NCBI GenBank assembly: GCA_046262635.1
Contig: JBHEMK010000067.1
Span: forward strand, 8,152 to 72,151
DNA length: 64,000 nt
Direction of reading: 5' to 3'
Source: Gaiellaceae bacterium
Lineage (GTDB): Bacteria > Actinomycetota > Thermoleophilia > Gaiellales > Gaiellaceae
This document shows positions 57,206 through 64,000 of the stretch, in pieces; position 1 is the stretch's first letter; each line of letters starts with the position of its first letter. Position numbers and translations under genes: made by a program. The notes under the pieces are model-generated. The model was given only the letters and a program-made list of their open reading frames with translations. It ran no database searches and was not told the DNA's origin.

Positions 57206-58089
57206 GCTGGATCAACGCGATCGTCCACGGGATCCTGCTCGGCGGCGTGTACGCGCTCCTCGCAACCGGCCTCTCGCTGACGTTCGGCGTGATGCGGATC
57301 ATCAATCTGGCGCACGGCTCATTCGCGCTCGTTGGCGCATACATGGCGTTCCTGCTTGTCGACCATCTCCACGTCTCGGCCTACCTGGCGCTCGTGCCCG
57401 TGCTGCCCGGTGCGCTGGTCGCCGGCTGGGTGCTGCAGCGCACGATGCTCGAGCGGAGCCTGCGCGCGGGCGAGCTCGTGCCGCTGCTGACGACCTTCGG
57501 CCTGCTGATCGTGATCGGCAATCTCCTCCAGTATTTCTTCTCACCCGACGTCCACTCGCTTCCAGCCGGCGCGATCGGCTCGGCGAGCTGGCGGGTCTCG
57601 AGCAGCCTGACGATCCCCTGGTTCGACGTCTTGATCCTCGCAGTCGCGGTCGTCGTGCTCGGCAGCCTGCAGCTCCTGTTGCGGCGGACGCAGTTCGGTC
57701 GCGAGCTGCGGGCGACCGCGGCCGATCCTGACACTGCCGAACTGATGGGCGTCAATGCAAGGGCCGTGTATGCGCGCGCCACTGCAATCGCCGCCGCTAC
57801 GGCCGCTCTCGCGGGCGTGTTCTACGCAATGCGGTCTGCCTTCGACCCGTTCTCCGGCGCGGCGCAGCTGATCTACGCGTTCGAAGCAGTGGTGATCGGC
57901 GGGATCGGATCGCTCTGGGGCACGCTCGTCGGCGGGATCGTGCTCGGGGTCGCTCAGACGATCGGGGCGCAGATCAACGTCCAGTACTTCGCGCTCGGCG
58001 GCCACCTCGTCTTCCTGACCGTGTTGATCCTCCGCGCCGTGCTCCAGGGAGGAGGGCTACGCGTGCTCCCTCGGAGGGCGGAGGCGTGA
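57202..58089 (+). CDS. ABC transporter permease (LivH-like)
   Basis: 295 aa, multi-TM, with an ATGA overlap. Confidence 0.9.
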   Translation: MSWINAIVHGILLGGVYALLATGLSLTFGVMRIINLAHGSFALVGAYMAFLLVDHLHVSAYLALVPVLPGALVAGWVLQRTMLERSLRAGELVPLLTTFGLLIVIGNLLQYFFSPDVHSLPAGAIGSASWRVSSSLTIPWFDVLILAVAVVVLGSLQLLLRRTQFGRELRATAADPDTAELMGVNARAVYARATAIAAATAALAGVFYAMRSAFDPFSGAAQLIYAFEAVVIGGIGSLWGTLVGGIVLGVAQTIGAQINVQYFALGGHLVFLTVLILRAVLQGGGLRVLPRRAEA

Positions 58090-59120
58090 CCGGGCACGCC
58101 GTCGAGGTGCCGAGCGCCGCTTTCCGGGTCGAGCGCTGGACGCGTCTCTCGGCTGCGTTCACGGCCGGGCTCGCGGCGCTCATCGCTCTGCTCGCCTTCG
58201 CGCCGCTCGTGCTCGGCCAGTACGCACTCGACAACCTGATCCAGCTCTACTTCCTCGTGATCCTCGCAATCATGTGGAACGCACTCGCAGGCTACGGCGG
58301 CCTTGTCTCCGTGGGCCAGCAGGCGTTCATAGGCATCGGTGCGTACGCGGTCGTCTTCCTCTCGGTGCAGCACTCGCTGAACCCCTATGCCGCGATGTTG
58401 CTCGCCACGCTGATCGGGGGGGCGATCTCCGTTCCGGTCGCGGCCGTGATGCTGTGGCTGCGCGGCGGAGCGTTCGCGATCGGGATGTGGGTCGTGGCAG
58501 AGGTCTTCGCGATTCTCGTCTCGCTCGACGCCTCGCTCGGCGGCGGTACGGGAACGTCGGCAGTCCTCGCGTTCAACCTGCGCTACACGCCTGACCAGCG
58601 GTTGCGCTACACCTACTGGGCCGCCCTCGCCGCGGCCGGCGTCCTGCTCGTGAGCCTCTTCGTGCTCCTGCGGAGCAGGCTCGGCGCCTCGCTTCAGGCG
58701 ATCCGCGACGACGAGGAAGCGGCGGCCTCGGTCGGCGTGCGCGTCCTGCTGGGCAAGGGACTGCTCTTCGTGCTCGCCGGCGCCGGTTGTACCGCCGCCG
58801 GGACGGTGATCCTGGCCTGGCAGCTCTCGATCCCGCCGCTCGGGCCCGACTCGATCTTCGGCGTCAACTGGTCGGCGAAGATGATCTTCATGGTGCTGGT
58901 AGGCGGCCTCGGGACCTTCGAGGGCCCGATTGTCGGGGCGGTCATCCTCTATCTGCTGCAGACATACGTCTCGAACACGGGCATCTGGTACTACGTGATG
59001 CTCGGTGGGATCGCCATCGCGGTCGCGCTCTTTCTGCCGCGTGGCGTCTGGGGCACCGTGCAGGAGCGCTTCAACCTGCAGCTGCTGCCTGTCGGCTACC
59101 GTCTGAGGAGGGTGCGGTGA
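58086..59120 (+). CDS. ABC transporter permease (LivM-like)
   Basis: 344 aa, multi-TM, with a GTGA overlap. Confidence 0.9.
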   Translation: MTGHAVEVPSAAFRVERWTRLSAAFTAGLAALIALLAFAPLVLGQYALDNLIQLYFLVILAIMWNALAGYGGLVSVGQQAFIGIGAYAVVFLSVQHSLNPYAAMLLATLIGGAISVPVAAVMLWLRGGAFAIGMWVVAEVFAILVSLDASLGGGTGTSAVLAFNLRYTPDQRLRYTYWAALAAAGVLLVSLFVLLRSRLGASLQAIRDDEEAAASVGVRVLLGKGLLFVLAGAGCTAAGTVILAWQLSIPPLGPDSIFGVNWSAKMIFMVLVGGLGTFEGPIVGAVILYLLQTYVSNTGIWYYVMLGGIAIAVALFLPRGVWGTVQERFNLQLLPVGYRLRRVR

Positions 59121-60220
59121 AGATCACGGCGGCCGTCGTCGAGACCAGGGGGGCCCCGTTCGCGCTGCAGGAACTCGAGCTCGGCGAGCTGCGCGAGGAC
59201 GAGGTGCTCGTGAAGGTCGCCGCGTCCGGGATCTGTCACACCGACCTGATCTGCAGGGACCAGTGGTACCCGGTGCCGCTGCCGGCGGTGCTCGGACATG
59301 AGGGCGCTGGCGTCGTCGAGGCCGTCGGCTCCTCGGTGACGCGCGTCGCTCCCGGCGACCGCGTCGCCATGAGCTACGACTCGTGCGGGCACTGTCCGAC
59401 CTGTGCGCGCTCGCTCAGCGCGTACTGCCACGCGTTCTTCGAGCACAATTTCGGCGCCTCGCGTCCCGCCGATGGGTCGAGCGCCCTCTCCCGAGACGGT
59501 AGACGGATCCATGCGCACTTCTTCGGCCAGTCAAGCTTCGCGTCGCACTCGGTCGCGCGTGAGCGGAACATCGTCGGGCTCGCCGACGGAATCCCGCTCG
59601 ACGTCGTCGCACCGTTCGGCTGCGGCATCCAGACCGGTGCGGGTGCGGTGCTCAACGTCCTGCGGCCCCCGCCGGGCAGCAGCGTCGCAATTTTTGGCGC
59701 CGGCGCCGTCGGGTTGTCTGCGGTGATGGCCGCGAAGATCGCGGGCTGCACGCCGATCGTCGCCGTCGATCTCCGCGAGGCTCGGCTCGCGCTCGCCCAG
59801 GAGCTCGGGGCGACAGACCTCCTGGACGCGCGCGAGGACGACCCGGTCGAGGCAATCCCAGGTCTCACTGGCGGCGGAGCCGATTTCAGTCTCGAGGCGA
59901 CCGGGGCCCCGGGCGCCCTTCGCGCCTCAGTCGACTGCCTGGCACCGACCGGCGTCTGCGGCATCGTCGGCGCTCCGGCTTTCGGCACGGAGGTCTCCCT
60001 CGACGTGAACACGATGCTGATCGGCGGCCGCGTGGTGCGTGGGATCGTCGAGGGCGAGAGCGTCCCATCCCAGTTCCTGCCCCGCCTCGTTGAGTTCTGG
60101 CGACGTGGGACGTTCCCCGTCGAACGCATGATCAAGTACTACGACTTCGACCAGATCGACCGGGCGGCTCACGACGCCGAGACCGGAATGACCATCAAGC
60201 CCGTGCTCCGCATGAGCTGA
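59117..60220 (+). CDS. Zn-dependent aryl-alcohol (benzyl-alcohol type) dehydrogenase
   Basis: GTG 59117 (GAGGAGG upstream, GTGA overlap) inside ORF 58787..60220. Motifs: GICHTDL, GHEGAGVV, CGHCPTCARSLSAYC, FGAGAVG. Confidence 0.9.
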   Translation: MKITAAVVETRGAPFALQELELGELREDEVLVKVAASGICHTDLICRDQWYPVPLPAVLGHEGAGVVEAVGSSVTRVAPGDRVAMSYDSCGHCPTCARSLSAYCHAFFEHNFGASRPADGSSALSRDGRRIHAHFFGQSSFASHSVARERNIVGLADGIPLDVVAPFGCGIQTGAGAVLNVLRPPPGSSVAIFGAGAVGLSAVMAAKIAGCTPIVAVDLREARLALAQELGATDLLDAREDDPVEAIPGLTGGGADFSLEATGAPGALRASVDCLAPTGVCGIVGAPAFGTEVSLDVNTMLIGGRVVRGIVEGESVPSQFLPRLVEFWRRGTFPVERMIKYYDFDQIDRAAHDAETGMTIKPVLRMS

Positions 60221-60234
60221 GGAGAGGAGAGAAC

Positions 60235-61707
60235 GTGAGCACAGCGCAGTCAGAGGTCCGGCAGGCGCGGCAGTTCATCGGCGGCGATTGGGTTGACGCG
60301 GCCGCGGGCAAGACGTTCGAGGTCCGCGATCCCTTCACGGGCGACGTCGTCGCCAACGTTCCCGCGGCAACGCGCGAGGACGCAAGGCGCGCCGTCGAGG
60401 CGGCTGCGACCGCCTTCGCCGGTTGGACGAAGACTCCGCCCGCTGCGCGCCAGGGCATCCTGCTGAAGGCTGCCGACGTGCTCGAAAGCCGACAGGACGA
60501 GGTCGTCTCGCTGCTCGCGCGCGAGACCGGGTCGACGTTCGGCTTCGGCATGTTCCAGACGCACTTCGTGCCGAACCTGTTCCGGCAGGCCGCCGCTCTC
60601 GCCTACGCGCCGCTCGGCGAGATCATCCCGTCCGACACGGGCGCTTTCTCGATGGGCGTGCGCCGGGCGGTCGGGGTCGTCGGCGCCATCGCGCCCTGGA
60701 ACGCTGCCCTGATCCTGTCCGCTCGGTCGATCGCGGCACCGCTCGCGCTCGGCAACACCGTCGTCCTGAAGCCGTCCGAACTCTCACCGGTCGTTGGAGG
60801 GCTCTTGTGGGGGGAGGTCTTCGCCGAGGCAGGTTTGCCCCCAGGCGTCCTGAACATCGTCACTCATGCGCCCGGCGACGCGGGCGAGATCGGGGACGAG
60901 CTGATCGAGAACCCGTCCGTTCGGCGCCTGAACTTCACCGGCTCGACGGCGGTGGGCCGCAAGCTCGCCGAGGCCGCCGGGCGCCAGCTGAAGCGGGTGA
61001 CCCTCGAGCTCGGCGGCTCGAACCCACTGATCGTGCTCGCCGACGCCGACCTCGACTATGCGGTCAATGCGACGACGTTCGGAGCCTTTCTGCACCAGGG
61101 GCAGATCTGTATGTCGGCGCGACGGATCATCGTCGAGCGGCCGATTGCCGACGAGTTCATCGCCCGGCTGGCCGCGAAGACGAACGGCCTGAAAACCGGC
61201 GATCCCAAGGATCCCGACACGATCATCGGCCCGGTGATCACCGAGAGTGCGCTCGGGACGATCAAGGACAGAGTGGACGATGCGGTGAAGAAGGGCGCCA
61301 GAGTGATCGCGGGCGGAGAGGCCGTCGGAGCCTGCTTCCGGGCGACGCTGCTCGCAGACGTCCCCGCCGACTCCGAGTTCGCGAAGGTCGAGACCTTCGG
61401 TCCTGTCGCGGCGATCGAGGTCGTCGACAGCACCGACGAGGCTGTCGAGCGGGCGAACGCGACAAGCTACGGTCTCTCGTCGGGGATCATCACCGCGGAC
61501 ACCGACCGCGGCCTCGCGCTCGCACAGCGGATCGACGCGGGCATCGTCCACGTCAACGATCAGCCCGTCGGCGACGAGCCACAGATGCCTTTCGGGGGCG
61601 TCAAGGACAGTGGCTTCGGACGCTTCGGGGGGACGGCCGTGATCGAGGAGTTCACCGAGCTGCGATGGATCACCGTGACCGGCGGGTCGCATCCGTTCCC
61701 GTTCTGA
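60235..61707 (+). CDS. NAD(P)-dependent aromatic aldehyde dehydrogenase
   Basis: 490 aa with ELGGSNP and the catalytic Cys in FLHQGQICMSARR. Confidence 0.9.
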   Translation: MSTAQSEVRQARQFIGGDWVDAAAGKTFEVRDPFTGDVVANVPAATREDARRAVEAAATAFAGWTKTPPAARQGILLKAADVLESRQDEVVSLLARETGSTFGFGMFQTHFVPNLFRQAAALAYAPLGEIIPSDTGAFSMGVRRAVGVVGAIAPWNAALILSARSIAAPLALGNTVVLKPSELSPVVGGLLWGEVFAEAGLPPGVLNIVTHAPGDAGEIGDELIENPSVRRLNFTGSTAVGRKLAEAAGRQLKRVTLELGGSNPLIVLADADLDYAVNATTFGAFLHQGQICMSARRIIVERPIADEFIARLAAKTNGLKTGDPKDPDTIIGPVITESALGTIKDRVDDAVKKGARVIAGGEAVGACFRATLLADVPADSEFAKVETFGPVAAIEVVDSTDEAVERANATSYGLSSGIITADTDRGLALAQRIDAGIVHVNDQPVGDEPQMPFGGVKDSGFGRFGGTAVIEEFTELRWITVTGGSHPFPF

Positions 61708-62526
61708 ATGGCCGAGATTCTGTCATTACACGAGGCGGTCGAGGGCCTCGTTCACGACGGCGACACCGTCGCGCTCGAGGGCTTCACGCACCTGATCCCG
61801 CACGCCGCCGGACACGAGCTGATTCGTCAGGGTCGGCGCGACCTGACGCTCGTGCGGATGACTCCGGACGTCATCTACGACCAGATGATCGGGATGGGCT
61901 GCGCACGCAAGCTCGTTTTCTCGTGGGGCGGGAACCCGGGCGTCGGCTCGCTGCACCGGCTCCGGGATGCGGTCGAGCACCGGTGGCCCGCGCCACTCGA
62001 TCTCGAGGAGCATTCCCACGCCGGGATGGCGGCGGCCTACGGAGCGGGCGCGGCCAACCTTCCCTTCGGCGTGCTGCGCGGCTATGCGGGAACGGATCTT
62101 GCGCAGCGGACCGCGGTGAGGTGGATCGACTGTCCCTTCACCGGCGAGCGGCTCGCCGCGGTCCCCGCCATCCGCCCTGATGTCGGGATCATCCACGCGC
62201 AGCAGGCCGACCGGTTGGGGAACGTCCAGCTCTGGGGGATCGTCGGCGTCCAGAAGGAGACGGTGCTCGCGTCGGCGCGCTCGATCGTCACCGTCGAGGA
62301 GATCGTCGACGAGTTGACGCCGCGGCCCGGTGCCGCGGTCCTGCCCTCCTGGGTGATCACGGCCGTGGCCGTCGCCCCGGGTGGAGCGCACCCTTCGTAT
62401 GCGCACGGCTATTACGATCGGGACAACCCGTTCTATGTGGAGTGGGACCGGATCAGCCGCGACCGCGATCGCTTTGCCGACTGGATGCACCGTCACGTTG
62501 TCGAGGCCGGTGTGACCACAGCGTGA
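61708..62526 (+). CDS. pcaI: CoA-transferase subunit A, probable 3-oxoadipate:succinyl-CoA transferase
   Basis: 272 aa family I CoA-transferase A subunit. The assignment rests on adjacency to pcaHG. Confidence 0.8.
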   Translation: MAEILSLHEAVEGLVHDGDTVALEGFTHLIPHAAGHELIRQGRRDLTLVRMTPDVIYDQMIGMGCARKLVFSWGGNPGVGSLHRLRDAVEHRWPAPLDLEEHSHAGMAAAYGAGAANLPFGVLRGYAGTDLAQRTAVRWIDCPFTGERLAAVPAIRPDVGIIHAQQADRLGNVQLWGIVGVQKETVLASARSIVTVEEIVDELTPRPGAAVLPSWVITAVAVAPGGAHPSYAHGYYDRDNPFYVEWDRISRDRDRFADWMHRHVVEAGVTTA

Positions 62527-63242
62527 GCTGGACCGCCGACGAGATGATGGCCGTTGCCGCGGCGCGACGGCTCGTCAACAGGACGGTCTGCTTCGTCGGC
62601 ATCGGTCTCCCGAGCCGTGCAGCGAATCTCGCGCGCTCGACGCATGCGCCGGATTGCGTGCTGGTCTACGAGAGCGGGACGATCGGCGCCAAGCCGCAGC
62701 ATCTCCCGCTCTCGATCGGCGACGGTGAACTTGCCGAGACCGCCGACGCGGTCGTATCGGTGCCGGAGATCTTCGCGTACTGGCTGCAGGCTGGACGGAT
62801 CGACGTCGGCTTTCTCGGCGCGGCACAGATCGACCGCTTCGGCAACCTGAACAGCACCGTGATCGGTGAGTACGGGCACCCGAAGGTGCGCCTCCCCGGC
62901 GCGGGCGGAGCGCCGGAGATCGCGACCGCCTGCCGCGAGACGTTCGTGATGCTGAGGCAGTCGACACGCACGTTCGTCTCCGAGGTGGACTTCTTGACGA
63001 CGCGCGGGGACGGCGTCACGGCGGTCGTCACCGACCTCGGGGTGCTCGAGCCGGATCCGGAGACGCGCGAGCTGACCCTGACGAGCATTCACCCCGGTGT
63101 CACACGCGATCACACGGTTTCAGCCACCGGCTGGGAGCTTCGGATCGCGGCGGACCTGGAGATGGCTGAGCCGCCGACGGCCGCGGAGCTCACCGCGCTC
63201 CGCGCTCTGGCGGGCGTCTGCGGCGAGGATCGTCGCACGTGA
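62523..63242 (+). CDS. pcaJ: CoA-transferase subunit B, probable 3-oxoadipate:succinyl-CoA transferase
   Basis: GTG 62523 (GTGA overlap) inside ORF 62442..63242. The catalytic Glu context is VLVYESGTIG. Confidence 0.8.
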   Translation: MSWTADEMMAVAAARRLVNRTVCFVGIGLPSRAANLARSTHAPDCVLVYESGTIGAKPQHLPLSIGDGELAETADAVVSVPEIFAYWLQAGRIDVGFLGAAQIDRFGNLNSTVIGEYGHPKVRLPGAGGAPEIATACRETFVMLRQSTRTFVSEVDFLTTRGDGVTAVVTDLGVLEPDPETRELTLTSIHPGVTRDHTVSATGWELRIAADLEMAEPPTAAELTALRALAGVCGEDRRT

Positions 63243-63937
63243 GGACACGGCTCCCCGAGGTCGTCGACGCCGACCGCCCCGACCCGCCGTACGACCATCC
63301 AGCCTACCGCTCGACGCAGCTTCGGGCGCCGAGGAAGCCTCTGCTGCTGCTGCCGGAGTCGCTCTCCGAGACGACGGGGCCGGTCTTCGGCGACGGCGTA
63401 GTCGCTGAGTTCGAGAACGATCTCACACGCCAGCACACGGGCCAGCCGCTCGGTGAGCGGATCATCGTCACCGGCCGCGTCACCGACACCGCGGGCCGTT
63501 CGATCCGCAATGCGCTCGTCGAGGTGTGGCAGGCGAACTCGGCCGGCCGCTACGCCCATCAGATCGACCAGCACGCGGCTCCGCTCGACCCGAACTTCAC
63601 CGGTGCCGGACGAACGCTGACCGACGCCGACGGGTGCTACCTCTTCACGACGATCAAACCCGGCGCCTACCCCTGGCGCAACCACGACAACGCCTGGCGC
63701 CCGGCTCACATCCACTTCTCCCTCTTCGGCCGCGCCTTCACCGACCGGCTCGTCACGCAGATGTACTTTCCCGGCGATCCGCTGTTCGATGCAGACCCGA
63801 TCTTCCAGTCGATCCGCGAGCCGAAGGAGCGGCGGTTGCTCGTGAGCTCCTTGGACTGGGAGACGACGACGCCCGAGTGGGCCCTTGGCTACCGCTTCGA
63901 CATTGTCCTGGGCCGGACCCCACAGGATCCGGGTTGA
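63239..63937 (+). CDS. pcaH: protocatechuate 3,4-dioxygenase beta subunit
   Basis: 232 aa with VEVWQANSAGRYAH, YPWRNHDNAWRPAHIHFS. Confidence 0.9.
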   Translation: MRTRLPEVVDADRPDPPYDHPAYRSTQLRAPRKPLLLLPESLSETTGPVFGDGVVAEFENDLTRQHTGQPLGERIIVTGRVTDTAGRSIRNALVEVWQANSAGRYAHQIDQHAAPLDPNFTGAGRTLTDADGCYLFTTIKPGAYPWRNHDNAWRPAHIHFSLFGRAFTDRLVTQMYFPGDPLFDADPIFQSIREPKERRLLVSSLDWETTTPEWALGYRFDIVLGRTPQDPG

Positions 63938-64000
63938 CGTCGACACCGACTCCGTCGCAGACCGTCGGGCCGTTCTTCTGGTTCGGCCTGTGCGAGCAGC
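63934..64000 (+). CDS. pcaG: protocatechuate 3,4-dioxygenase alpha subunit, 5' end only
   Basis: TTG 63934 (TTGA overlap). Own translation LTSTPTPSQTVGPFFWFGLCEQ matches the PcaG N-terminal TPSQTVGP pattern. It runs off the window. Confidence 0.7.
   Translation, partial: MTSTPTPSQTVGPFFWFGLCEQ

Overview
This is a high-G+C (roughly 70% by eye), actinobacterial-type chromosomal segment. It is densely packed with about 65 genes of core and peripheral metabolism. I saw no rRNA, tRNA, CRISPR array, transposase, integrase or phage genes.

Gene content, left to right:
- A SAM-I riboswitch drives a zinc-ribbon ThrC paralogue that is cut by the left edge.
- proA-proB follow on the plus strand.
- A nine-gene minus-strand operon runs leuA(short) - degenerate leuB-like - ilvB - ilvN - ilvC - hom - thrC - thrB - ilvD. 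An Ile/Leu-rich leader peptide precedes it.
- A mannose/fructose-type sugar ABC cluster follows (ATPase - LacI - manA - permease - binding protein).
- gltB stands alone with no gltD beside it, followed by an HxlR regulator.
- A third ThrC-family gene and a decayed IclR gene come next.
- The arginine operon is argC-J-B-D-R-G-H, with no argF.
- A frameshifted TetR gene follows.
- A myo-inositol cluster comprises a binding protein, permease, ATPase, iolC, iolB, a Gfo/Idh oxidoreductase and iolD. It has a divergent LacI regulator and twin palindromic operators.
- Two small secreted proteins follow.
- A Cys-rich 53-codon uORF is coupled to aceA, followed by a GntR regulator and an acyl-CoA synthetase.
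- An envelope-type block holds a secreted Cys protein, a GT4 glycosyltransferase, a large membrane protein and a hydrolase.
- A MetE-like gene follows.
- An IclR-controlled aromatic funnel ends the window: Liv-type ABC transporter, aryl-alcohol dehydrogenase, aldehyde dehydrogenase, pcaIJ and pcaHG.

I found no defence system or mobile island. The most interesting signals are regulatory RNAs and small ORFs, ThrC-family paralogy tied to SAM control, an apparently dead IPMDH-fold protein, and apparent CTG starts. Many long ORFs in the supplied track are alternative-frame or antisense artefacts of the GC bias and were ignored.
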